This document shows, piece by piece, positions 28,784 through 37,957 of a DNA stretch of 47,581 bases (position 1 is its first letter; every line of letters begins with the position of its first letter). The stretch is from a virus (taxonomy: Duplodnaviria > Caudoviricetes): the IMG/VR virus record IMGVR_UViG_3300025392_000496, positions 1 through 47,581 of that record; one strand, given 5' to 3'. Made by a program: the position numbers and the translations under genes. The notes beneath the pieces were generated by a model that saw only the letters and a program-made list of their open reading frames with translations, was not told the DNA's origin and did no database searches.

Positions 28784-28789
28784 TAAATA
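28782..28789 (+). promoter_or_regulatory. Late promoter AATAAATA (gp13)
   Basis: TAAATA core with a GGAG SD downstream. Confidence 0.7.
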
Positions 28790-28807
28790 CTGTATACGGA
28801 GTAATAT

Positions 28808-29770
28808 ATGACAGCAGGCCTAACACCAAACGATAATTCAGTTAATCAAGAAACTGGATTTGACGCAAATAACAATGTAATTGCATCTAGTTTGTTTAAT
28901 CAAACTACAGGTTCTGGTGCTGGGCATATCGCTTTTACTGGTAACCCTACAGTTACTTTCCCTGGTGTACAAGACCCAGACTGGGATATCGGTAATACTA
29001 CCGATAGTATGCGAGCCAGCATAGTTGACTATATTCGTATGCGACTAGGTGACGGTATTGTTGACGTTGAGTTAGAAAAAGAACACTATGAAATGGCTAT
29101 TAATCAAGCACTGATTAGATATCGCCAGCGTTCCCCAAACTCTACCGAAGAGAGCTATGCAAGTCTAAGACTTCTTCCTGAAACACAAGAATACATACTA
29201 CCTAAAGAAATTATAAATGTACGTCAAATTTTCCGCCGTGGTATTGGTAGCGTCACAGGAACAACTGCTAGTCAATTTGAACCATTCAGTTCAGGCTACT
29301 TAAACACTTATATGTTAGTAGCAGGACGTGTTGGCGGATTAACTAACTACGAATTATTTGTTGACTATCAAAAATTAGCAATGAAAATGTTTGGTGGCTA
29401 CATGAACTTTACATTTAACCCTGTAACAAAGAAACTAACAATCGTTCGTAAAATGCCATTCCAGGGAGCCAATCCTCCATTGGATCAACAAGAAAGTGTA
29501 CTGCTTTGGATTAATAATACCAAACCGGATCAAATGATTTTTAATGACCCATACGCTTTTCCATGGATCCAGGACTATGCTTATAGTTTTGCCAAGCGCA
29601 TCTTAGGACAAGCATACAGTAAGTTTAGCCAAATCGCTGGTCCACAAGGCGGAGCAAGTTTAAATGGTGCTGCTATGGTTTCTGAAGCCAATGAAGAAAT
29701 GAAAGACCTAGAAGAACAGCTACGTCGTTATATGGACGGAAGCCAACCATTAACTTGGGTAACAGGTTAA
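28808..29770 (+). CDS. gp13: Neck protein, T4 gp13-like
   Basis: DYI..RLG..IVDVEL, WIQDYA...AK..LG...SKF and GG.SLNG motifs. Confidence 0.85.
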   Translation: MTAGLTPNDNSVNQETGFDANNNVIASSLFNQTTGSGAGHIAFTGNPTVTFPGVQDPDWDIGNTTDSMRASIVDYIRMRLGDGIVDVELEKEHYEMAINQALIRYRQRSPNSTEESYASLRLLPETQEYILPKEIINVRQIFRRGIGSVTGTTASQFEPFSSGYLNTYMLVAGRVGGLTNYELFVDYQKLAMKMFGGYMNFTFNPVTKKLTIVRKMPFQGANPPLDQQESVLLWINNTKPDQMIFNDPYAFPWIQDYAYSFAKRILGQAYSKFSQIAGPQGGASLNGAAMVSEANEEMKDLEEQLRRYMDGSQPLTWVTG

Positions 29771-29799
29771 TTGACAAATTAATTAAAATATGTAAAAAT

Positions 29800-29825
29800 A
29801 GCCCTTATAGACGAGGGCTTTTTTT
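29800..29825 (+). terminator. Terminator after gp13 that contains the SD of the dNMP kinase gene
   Basis: AGCCCTT-atagac-GAGGGCT-tttttt-ATG. Confidence 0.7.
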
Positions 29826-30440
29826 ATGATCATTGGCGTATGCGGATTCATTGGTAGCGGTAAAGACACTATTGCAGATTACTTGGTAAACTTTCACGAG
29901 TTCAGACGTGATAGCTATGCTGGCACACTTAAGGATGCAGTAGCGGCAGTATTTAACTGGGACCGTGAACTACTAGAAGGACGTACCAAAGAAGCCCGTG
30001 CTTGGAGAGAACAAGTAGATCCGTGGTGGGCCAATCGTCTAAACATGCCCAACTTAACCCCACGCTGGGTTTTACAGTACTGGGGCACAGAAGTATGTCG
30101 CAGAAGTTTCCATGACGATATTTGGATTGCTAGTGTAGAAAACAAACTACGTACAAGCCAAGACAATATTGTCATTAGCGATTGTCGTTTCCCTAACGAA
30201 ATTGCTAGTATTAAAAATGCTGGCGGTCAAGTTATTTGGGTTAAGCGTGGTGAATTACCTGTATGGTATCACCTTGCTGTTAATGCTAATAGTGGTGCGC
30301 CTGTTGCACAAGAAATGCTTAAAGACATTGGAGTACATGTTAGCGAAACTGCTTGGGTTGGCACAGAGTTTGATGCTGTCATTGAAAACAATGGCAGTAT
30401 TGATGACTTGTATAATCAAGTTAAAAGTCTGGTACAATAG
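29826..30440 (+). CDS. gp1: Deoxynucleoside monophosphate kinase (T4 gp1-like)
   Basis: IIGVCGFIGSGKDT, TPR.VLQ.WGTE, VISDCRFPNE and HVSE motifs. Confidence 0.92.
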   Translation: MIIGVCGFIGSGKDTIADYLVNFHEFRRDSYAGTLKDAVAAVFNWDRELLEGRTKEARAWREQVDPWWANRLNMPNLTPRWVLQYWGTEVCRRSFHDDIWIASVENKLRTSQDNIVISDCRFPNEIASIKNAGGQVIWVKRGELPVWYHLAVNANSGAPVAQEMLKDIGVHVSETAWVGTEFDAVIENNGSIDDLYNQVKSLVQ

Positions 30441-30771
30441 GACTGGCTTTCCAAGAAAGTCGACTCTTATAAACTTCTTGTTGACAGTTTAAACAAACTG
30501 TTTTAAGATTAAAGTGATTATTATTCTTTAAGTTGCCGTCAACATGAAATACTACACTCTGACTTGGTAATTTAAATTTGTAGTTGCATTTTTCACACAC
30601 TGGCTTTTTCTTATAGCCAGTTCTAAACCAAGCCGGGGGGTTTGGTTTCAATTTCTTTCCTTTTCTAATACAGCTGGCGCAACTATTACGATAATGTGTA
30701 ACATTATCTTTAATATAGTTTACAGCAACTGGATTAACCTGGCAACTAGGGCATAATTCACGTGTTAGCAT
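30421..30771 (-). CDS. Multi-zinc-ribbon protein with degenerate HNH domain (probable start 30771)
   Basis: CPSC, CASC, CEKC and HVDGNLKNN...NL..VCLNCQ; minus-strand TAAATA (30782-30777) lies 5 nt before ATG 30771. Confidence 0.65.
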   Translation of the reverse strand: MLTRELCPSCQVNPVAVNYIKDNVTHYRNSCASCIRKGKKLKPNPPAWFRTGYKKKPVCEKCNYKFKLPSQSVVFHVDGNLKNNNHFNLKTVCLNCQQEVYKSRLSWKASPIVPDF

Positions 30772-30832
30772 GCTATTATTTAAGCCAAACCTTTGCAAAG
30801 GCTTCTGTAACCGAACAAATTTATACCTTTAT

Positions 30833-30840
30833 TATAAATA
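30833..30840 (+). promoter_or_regulatory. Late promoter TATAAATA (sheath)
   Basis: Exact T4 consensus; AAGGAA SD. Confidence 0.8.
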
Positions 30841-30871
30841 ACTATAACATGTATTTTAAAGGAATATAACC

Positions 30872-33800
30872 ATGGCACTAGTTTCTCCAGGAGTTCAAAT
30901 CTCCATTAATGATCAGAGTCAATACGTAAACTCTAACGTAGGCTCAGTTCCTCTAGTAGTATTAGCCACAGCACAAGATAAAGTATTTAATAATGCAGTA
31001 GCTCAAGGTACAACCAAAGCTAATGCAGGTAAGTTATTATCGTTTACTAGTCAACGTGATCTAGTAACAGCAATGGGTACACCAACTTTCCGTTTAAGTT
31101 CTTCTGGTACTCCAATTAATGCTAGTGAATTAAACGAATATGGTTTATTAACAGCATACTCAGCATTGGGATTAGGCAATCGTTTATATGCTATCCGTGC
31201 TGACATTGATTTAAACGAACTAGTTGGTACTAGTGTTCGCCCAGTGGGCACAGAAACTGATGGTACTATTTGGTTAGATCTTGCTAACACAGAATTTGGT
31301 ATCTATGGTTTGAACGCTACTACAAATTCTTTTAGTCACATTACTCCTTTATTAATTACTGATAAAACTCAAGTATTCAATGATAGTGGCTATGCATACG
31401 CAGTTCCAACTCCTGTTGCATCAGTTGGCGCACAAGGTAGTTACGCATTGGTGTTTGTAAACACTGATGGTACAGCTCCTACTAACATTCGTTTATTTTA
31501 CAAAGCTACAGCAACTTCTTATGGTAACATAGCTAATTCATGGGTACAAGTTGGTTCTACAAGTTGGCAAAATGCAACCCCAGCAATCCAGGGAATTGTA
31601 CCAAACCCATCCAACTTAACAACTGGCATGACATTGATTATCAATACCATTACAGTTACTACTACAACAAATACAATTTCAGGTCTAGCAAACGACATCA
31701 ATACCGCTAACATCACTGGTGTTAAAGCTGCGGTAGTTGGTGGTTTATTAACATTGTTTGTTACTAATGGCGCCACACTCGGCCGTGCAGTAATTACTGA
31801 CGGCACAGGTACACCTTTAGCAAAGTGCGGTTTACCATTAGTTGCTGGTACAAAAACTGTATTTCCTCCAATTTTATTCTACGGTACTTATGCTCAGCAA
31901 CCAAATGCATCAGCTGGTGGCTGGTTCTCTACAGATCCACAACCACGTCCAACTGGATCTATTTGGATTAAAACAACCGCAACCGGCGGCGGCTTTAGCC
32001 CTGCATTAAAACAATTTAGTTTAGCAACAGATACATGGGTTCCGGTATCTGCACCAATGTACCCATATTCACGTTCTGCAATCTACGGATTAGATCCAGT
32101 AGGCGGTGGTATCAATATTGCACACGGTCAAAAAATTGTTTCAACTGCAACAACTGATACAACTGCAAACGAACTTAAGATATTAAGTCAAATTAACGCA
32201 GTAGAAACTATCGGTACAGGCACAACACCAACTAGTTTCACTAGCGGACAAACTGTTCAAATTGGTGCTACACAACCTGGTACAGATGCATTTTACCCAA
32301 ACCCATTTAAATCATACAGTACTAGTGGCACAACTGCACAATCATTTGTTGCAGACATCCTAGCACAAAACATTCCTTATGTTACTGCACAGGTTAATGC
32401 TAACCGTACAATTAGTCTTATCCATACAGCAGGCGGTCAAATCACTATTATTGATACTAACGGTGCTTTTGCTAACGCTGGCTTTAGTAATGGCGTAAGT
32501 CAAACAATTCAAGCAGTTGGTACATCAATTGTTATCAGTAACTTTGTTAACATTACATCAACAGTTAAGTATAGTACATATACTCCATATGCTGCACCAA
32601 TGGATGGCGCACTATGGTACTATAGTAATCCATCAGATATTGATGTTATGATTAATGATGGCGGCTGGAAAGGCTACCAAAATGTAACCTCAGATGTACG
32701 TGGTTATGCATTGAACACAACAGATCCAATGGGTGTTATTGTTAGCGCAACAATGCCAATGAATGGCGATCGTAGTGACAACGGCAACTTAGTAGCTGGC
32801 GAATTATGGTTAGACAGTAGTGATTTAATTAACTACCCAAGTCTATATCGTTATACAGGTACTAAGTGGGTAGCAATTGACAATACAGATCATGTTAGTA
32901 ACAATGGTATTGTATTTGCTGATGCACGTTGGGACATGGATGGCGAAAGCGATATTATTAGTGATGCATTGCCATCAACTACTGATATGTTGACAAGTAA
33001 CTATGTTGACTTAGATTGCCCAGACTATCGTTTATATCCACGTGGAACATTATTGTTCAACACACGTCGTTCAGGATACAACGTTAAGAAGTTTGTAGCT
33101 AATTATTTTAATAGTACAAGTTTCCCAAATGCAAGTTTACCGCAAGTAACTGATGCATGGGTAACAGTAAGTGGTAATAAAGAAGATGGTTCTATGTATG
33201 CTGGTTCAGCTGCTCAACGTGCTTTAGTTGTAGCTGCAATGAAATCAGCTGTTGATAGTAACACTGATTTATTAGACTCTAACTATGCATTTAACTTGTT
33301 TGTTGCTCCTGGTTACCCAGAATTAATTCCTAACCTAGTAACATTAAACGACAATCGTAGTGATACAGGCTTTATCATTGGCGACACACCAATGACATTA
33401 GCACCAGACTCAGCAAGTTTAACAGCATGGGAAAGTAATGCAAACGGCGATGGCCTAGCAACAGCAAGTCCATACTTAGCTGTATACTATCCAGCTGGTT
33501 TAACAAATGACTTAGCAGGTAATACTGTAGCAGTTCCAGCAAGTCACGCAGTACTACGCACATACTTGTTTAATGATCAAGTTGCATATCAGTGGTTTGC
33601 TCCAGCTGGTGTACATCGTGGCCTAGTTGACAACTTAACTGACATTGGTTATGTTGATGCACAGTCTGGCGCATTTGTACACAACGGTATTAACAACGGT
33701 CTACGTGATACATTGTTTACAATGAGCATTAACCCAATTACACAACTACCTGGTACAGGTTTAGTAGTATTTGGACAAGAAACACGTAGTGGTGATAGTA

Positions 33801-34141
33801 CAGCACGTAATCGTGTAAACGTTGTTCGTTTAGAAAACTACTTACGTACAATTTTCAATGGTATTTCAAATAGTTTCTTATTTGAGCCAAACGATACTGT
33901 TACACGTAAATCAATTGCAAGTCAAATTGAAAGCGCATTACATGATGTGTTAAGCAAGCGTGGCTTATATGACTTCTTAGTTATCTGTGACACAAGCAAC
34001 AATACATCAAGTACAATCGCTGCAAATCAATTATATGTTGACGTAGCAATTGAGCCAATGAAAGATGTCGAGTTTATCTACATTCCAATAGCATTGTATA
34101 ACCCAGGTACCATTGCAACACTTGGTGCTTCATCAACCTAA
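30872..34141 (+). CDS. gp18: Tail sheath protein, T4 gp18-like, with a large insertion (1089 aa)
   Basis: LVSPGVQI, WFAPAG..RG, INPI, R.NV.RL, FLFEPND, F.VICD.SNN and EFIYI motifs. Confidence 0.95.
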   Translation: MALVSPGVQISINDQSQYVNSNVGSVPLVVLATAQDKVFNNAVAQGTTKANAGKLLSFTSQRDLVTAMGTPTFRLSSSGTPINASELNEYGLLTAYSALGLGNRLYAIRADIDLNELVGTSVRPVGTETDGTIWLDLANTEFGIYGLNATTNSFSHITPLLITDKTQVFNDSGYAYAVPTPVASVGAQGSYALVFVNTDGTAPTNIRLFYKATATSYGNIANSWVQVGSTSWQNATPAIQGIVPNPSNLTTGMTLIINTITVTTTTNTISGLANDINTANITGVKAAVVGGLLTLFVTNGATLGRAVITDGTGTPLAKCGLPLVAGTKTVFPPILFYGTYAQQPNASAGGWFSTDPQPRPTGSIWIKTTATGGGFSPALKQFSLATDTWVPVSAPMYPYSRSAIYGLDPVGGGINIAHGQKIVSTATTDTTANELKILSQINAVETIGTGTTPTSFTSGQTVQIGATQPGTDAFYPNPFKSYSTSGTTAQSFVADILAQNIPYVTAQVNANRTISLIHTAGGQITIIDTNGAFANAGFSNGVSQTIQAVGTSIVISNFVNITSTVKYSTYTPYAAPMDGALWYYSNPSDIDVMINDGGWKGYQNVTSDVRGYALNTTDPMGVIVSATMPMNGDRSDNGNLVAGELWLDSSDLINYPSLYRYTGTKWVAIDNTDHVSNNGIVFADARWDMDGESDIISDALPSTTDMLTSNYVDLDCPDYRLYPRGTLLFNTRRSGYNVKKFVANYFNSTSFPNASLPQVTDAWVTVSGNKEDGSMYAGSAAQRALVVAAMKSAVDSNTDLLDSNYAFNLFVAPGYPELIPNLVTLNDNRSDTGFIIGDTPMTLAPDSASLTAWESNANGDGLATASPYLAVYYPAGLTNDLAGNTVAVPASHAVLRTYLFNDQVAYQWFAPAGVHRGLVDNLTDIGYVDAQSGAFVHNGINNGLRDTLFTMSINPITQLPGTGLVVFGQETRSGDSTARNRVNVVRLENYLRTIFNGISNSFLFEPNDTVTRKSIASQIESALHDVLSKRGLYDFLVICDTSNNTSSTIAANQLYVDVAIEPMKDVEFIYIPIALYNPGTIATLGASST

Positions 34142-34148
34142 GAATATA

Positions 34149-34156
34149 GATAAATA
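34149..34156 (+). promoter_or_regulatory. Late promoter GATAAATA (tube)
   Basis: TAAATA core with an AGGAG SD. Confidence 0.7.
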
Positions 34157-34174
34157 AGAATATAGGAGAATAAC

Positions 34175-34789
34175 ATGGCCGTAGCAAGTTTAAGTAAATT
34201 TACAGTACCGTTGGCAAATAACCAAAGTTCAGACACACAAGGTCTGTTAATGCCAAAACTAAAGTATCGCTTTCGCGTTACTTTTACTAACTTTGGTGTA
34301 ACTAATCAAACCAACGAGTTAACAAAGCAAGTAGCTGATATCAAACGTCCAAGTGTAAAATTTGCACCAGTTACAATCGATGTTTACAACAGTAAAGTGT
34401 ATCTACAAGGTAAGCCAGAGTGGGATGAAACTACTATTAACTTACGTGATGATGCTACTGGTGCTGTTAGTAAATTGGTTGGTCAGCAAATTCAGAAACA
34501 GTTTGACTTTATGGAACAAGCTAGTGCAGCTAGTGGTATTAACTACAAGTTCCAAACTACATATGAAATACTTGATGGCGGTAACGGTACAAGTACACCA
34601 ACAGTATTAGAAGCTTGGGAATTAGATGGTTGCTTCTTAAGTAGTGCAGACTACGGCGACATGAATTACGGTAGTAATGACCCTGTAATGATCGCTCTAA
34701 CAATTCGCTTTGATAATGCTGTTCAGACTATCGGCGGCGGCGTTGGAACAAGTGTAGTAAGTACAACTCCTGGTACATCCGTTAACTAA
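34175..34789 (+). CDS. gp19: Tail tube protein, T4 gp19-like
   Basis: Follows the sheath; RFRV.F, GK.EW....I.LRDD, W.L.GCF and LTIRFD motifs. Confidence 0.85.
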   Translation: MAVASLSKFTVPLANNQSSDTQGLLMPKLKYRFRVTFTNFGVTNQTNELTKQVADIKRPSVKFAPVTIDVYNSKVYLQGKPEWDETTINLRDDATGAVSKLVGQQIQKQFDFMEQASAASGINYKFQTTYEILDGGNGTSTPTVLEAWELDGCFLSSADYGDMNYGSNDPVMIALTIRFDNAVQTIGGGVGTSVVSTTPGTSVN

Positions 34790-34814
34790 TTTTTAGTTAA
34801 TCTTACACAGTAAT

Positions 34815-34842
34815 AAACCCGGATTAAAACCCGGGTTTTTTT
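34815..34842 (+). terminator. Intrinsic terminator after the tube gene
   Basis: AAACCCGG-attaaaac-CCGGGTTT-tttt. Confidence 0.85.
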
Positions 34843-34859
34843 ATTGGATAAATATTATT

Positions 34860-36578
34860 ATGGCAACTATAGGAACAACACAATTACGACAAGGGCCAAA
34901 CCCTCCTAGTAATTTAACCGGCAGACCACCAATGTCAAGACAGGCAGCAAATCCTGTTGACAATCTGTCAGGCAATCCAGCAATGTCAAGACAAGCACCC
35001 AATACCGTTGCAGTTTCAAATCTCAGCGGCTTGCCACCAATGCTTCGTCAAGAACCAGACTCAGTTAAAAGTTCAGCTGGTTCAATAACAGATACTATGA
35101 TTCGTCAAGACGCACCAGCATCATCACAACTGCCTGGCCTTGATAGAATGGTTCGATATAATGGTTCAACTACAGCTGAGCCTCCGGCTGAAGGTCCTTT
35201 TGAACTACCACCAGACACTAGTACTGGTTCACAGTTGAGAATGTCTCAACCGATTACTAAAACAATACTACGTAACTATCAACATGCATCAAGAATTTTT
35301 ATCGATGGACAATATCGATTAAGTCCAAAATACGGTTGGTTATTTTATGTTGAGTTTGACTTTAATCCTGGTATTACTGAAATCAGTAATCGTGCAGCTC
35401 AAGAACTAGGAATGATTGTTAAAAGTGTTAGTTTACCAAAATACTCAATTGATGTAAAAGTACATAACGCTTATAATCGTAAAAATATTGTACAGAATAG
35501 AATTAGTTATGATCCAATTAGTATTGTATTTCACGATGATCAAGCTGATAACGTAAAACAATTTTGGTACGACTACTACAGTTTCTTTTATCGTGATCCA
35601 GACTATGCTGATGCTACATACCAAGCAGCACACAAATACGATCGCCGAGCAAGTTTTGATTGGGGATATACCCCTCGCCCAACTGTAGGTTATAATACAT
35701 ATAATACTATCCAGCCATATCAGTATATACAGGCTATTCGTATCTACAGTATATACCAAGGTCAATTTAGTGAATACGAATTAATTAATCCAGTTATTAC
35801 AACTTTTAAACACGGCGAACTTGCTAACGGCAGTACAGAAACACTACAAAGTGAAATGACAGTACAGTTTGAAACTGTAAAATATCTTGAAGGTACTGTC
35901 ACACCAAATACCGCTGGTGGATTCATTGACTTACATTACGATAATACACCAAGTCCAAATGGCGGAACCCCAAGTTCTACTAGTTCTTCTGTAGTAACAG
36001 ACTTGGCAAATAATCAAACTGCTATCAATCCAAACTTACGTCCTGAATGGGCGGCGCCACAAAATCTTGGCAGTTCATTAGCATTGGCATTATCAACTGG
36101 TACATCACTAAGTGGTCTATCAGGAACAAACAGTGGTGGATTTAGTATCCCAAGCCTTAGCGGATTAACCGCAGGAGTTTCAAGTAGTGCAATGATCGGT
36201 CAACAACTACAAGCAGCTGGTATTAGTCTTACTACCAGAGCAGTTGGTCAGATTGCTGGCTCAATCGTTGGCGGAGTTGCACAAGGACTTGGTCCAAACG
36301 GTAAAACAATTATTGGCCTGGCTGCCGCAGCAATTACAAACCCAAGTGCTACACTTAGAACAGTTGAAAATATGGCGGTATCATATGCAACTGGTGTGGC
36401 CGCAGGCGCATTACAAAATGCATTAACACCAATCACAGCAGGAATACAATCTAGTATTTCTGGATTCATCGGCGATAACATCACAACACCAATATCAACT
36501 GCATTTGGTGATGCTTCTAATTATCTTGTTGGACAATACAATCAATTAAGTCCAGACTTTGTTGGCCCACCATACTAA
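34860..36578 (+). CDS. Tube-fold baseplate/tube initiator protein (gp48/gp54-like) with N-terminal repeats
   Basis: VKSVSLPKY...YNRK...YDPISIVFHDD tube-like core; TAAATA at 34849-34854 lies 5 nt before the ATG. Confidence 0.6.
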   Translation: MATIGTTQLRQGPNPPSNLTGRPPMSRQAANPVDNLSGNPAMSRQAPNTVAVSNLSGLPPMLRQEPDSVKSSAGSITDTMIRQDAPASSQLPGLDRMVRYNGSTTAEPPAEGPFELPPDTSTGSQLRMSQPITKTILRNYQHASRIFIDGQYRLSPKYGWLFYVEFDFNPGITEISNRAAQELGMIVKSVSLPKYSIDVKVHNAYNRKNIVQNRISYDPISIVFHDDQADNVKQFWYDYYSFFYRDPDYADATYQAAHKYDRRASFDWGYTPRPTVGYNTYNTIQPYQYIQAIRIYSIYQGQFSEYELINPVITTFKHGELANGSTETLQSEMTVQFETVKYLEGTVTPNTAGGFIDLHYDNTPSPNGGTPSSTSSSVVTDLANNQTAINPNLRPEWAAPQNLGSSLALALSTGTSLSGLSGTNSGGFSIPSLSGLTAGVSSSAMIGQQLQAAGISLTTRAVGQIAGSIVGGVAQGLGPNGKTIIGLAAAAITNPSATLRTVENMAVSYATGVAAGALQNALTPITAGIQSSISGFIGDNITTPISTAFGDASNYLVGQYNQLSPDFVGPPY

Positions 36579-36585
36579 GACGCAA

Positions 36586-36981
36586 ATGACAACTAATCAA
36601 ATTACCACTCAAACAAATACTGGTACACCTGACTTATCTTTACAGTCAGCACAAACCGATGCACGAAAATATTTTAATAATTTCTACTCAGGATTTTTTA
36701 ATATTTCAGCTGAAGCCAATGATGCTATTACAGCTTTTTTTGAAGAGTATACTCAAAATAAAACAGCAGCAAAAAATTTAGCTGCTTCAGTCATTTACAC
36801 AGCACAGGCACAAAACATAGATCCATTAACGATACTATCTGATTTTCAACGTTTACCCAAAGGACAACTTAACAGTTATCTAGTGGCATTTCTAAATATC
36901 AATCGAGTACCGACAAGTGTATTAGGATTAAAAGAGTCTACTAAAACTAGTCCTTACATTACTCGAACAATATTATTATGA
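36586..36981 (+). CDS. Hypothetical protein (probable start ATG 36586)
   Basis: ORF between the baseplate gene and gp4, coupled to gp4 by an ATGA overlap. Confidence 0.55.
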   Translation: MTTNQITTQTNTGTPDLSLQSAQTDARKYFNNFYSGFFNISAEANDAITAFFEEYTQNKTAAKNLAASVIYTAQAQNIDPLTILSDFQRLPKGQLNSYLVAFLNINRVPTSVLGLKESTKTSPYITRTILL

Positions 36982-37409
36982 GCAAGTACGCCCAAGGCAA
37001 ATTCCAACTACAAAATCCGTCAAAGTATGTAGGTAACAAAACTCCAACTTATCGTTCAAGTTGGGAATTTGTATTCATGCAATTTTGCGATAACAATCCT
37101 AATGTATTACAATGGGCAAGTGAAGCAGTACATATCAATTATCGCAATCCCTTAACTGGAAAAAATACTATCTATGTTCCAGATTTTTTAATTACCTATC
37201 AAGATTCTAATGGTAACCAAAAAGCTGAAGTAGTTGAAATCAAACCTAAAAAAGAAACTACTTTGGAAGGTGCTAAAAATATACGTGATCAAGCTAGTGC
37301 TATATTAAATATGGCCAAATGGGAAGCGGCACGTCAATGGTGTCGAGCACATAACCTAACATTCCGCGTAGTTACAGAAGATATGATTTTCCATCAGGGT
37401 AAGAAGTAA
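36978..37409 (+). CDS. gp4: Head completion nuclease, T4 gp4-like (TnsA-N fold)
   Basis: YRSSWE..FM.FCD.NP, WASE, YVPDF and EIKP motifs. Confidence 0.9.
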   Translation: MSKYAQGKFQLQNPSKYVGNKTPTYRSSWEFVFMQFCDNNPNVLQWASEAVHINYRNPLTGKNTIYVPDFLITYQDSNGNQKAEVVEIKPKKETTLEGAKNIRDQASAILNMAKWEAARQWCRAHNLTFRVVTEDMIFHQGKK

Positions 37410-37426
37410 TACCAATAAATATTGGT

Positions 37427-37918
37427 ATGACTAAAAAACTAGAAGAATTATTTAATCTCCCAGATTCTGGTGTAACGCCAGAAGAAACTGAGCAAACTAT
37501 TGCTGAAAATCGAGACTTGATTGCCGAAGTAAATCAAGCAATAGACAAAATAGATGCAGCACTTCCTACAGTACATGATTTAGACACAGGTGATAGTGAG
37601 CTCGACGAGCTGGCAAAACTAGCACAAAGCAAAGCAGAAGATCTTATTGATTTGGGCATGAATGTAGAACCTCGCTTTTCGGGTGTTATACTACAAACAG
37701 CTGGTACACTATTAGGACATGCGATCACTGCTAAAACAGCCAAATTAGATAAAAAATTAAAAATGGTACAGCTACAACTAGCTAAAGCCAAGCACGATCA
37801 TCAAGTTAAAAAAGATGCTGGTAAAGCACAGGATGATAGCCCGCTTGATGGCGAAGGTATAGTACTAGATCGCAACGATTTGCTTAAACAGATCCTTGCT
37901 AACAGACAAGACAAATAA
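37427..37918 (+). CDS. Probable terminase small subunit (gp16-like)
   Basis: Size, helical hairpin with NVEPR and C-terminal VLDRNDLLKQIL are analogous to gp16; late promoter core at 37416-37421. Confidence 0.45.
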   Translation: MTKKLEELFNLPDSGVTPEETEQTIAENRDLIAEVNQAIDKIDAALPTVHDLDTGDSELDELAKLAQSKAEDLIDLGMNVEPRFSGVILQTAGTLLGHAITAKTAKLDKKLKMVQLQLAKAKHDHQVKKDAGKAQDDSPLDGEGIVLDRNDLLKQILANRQDK

Positions 37919-37927
37919 CCTAACTTG

Positions 37928-37935
37928 TATAAATA
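37928..37935 (+). promoter_or_regulatory. Late promoter TATAAATA
   Basis: Exact consensus; AGGA SD downstream. Confidence 0.8.
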
Positions 37936-37957
37936 TAGAATATAGGATTATATTATA

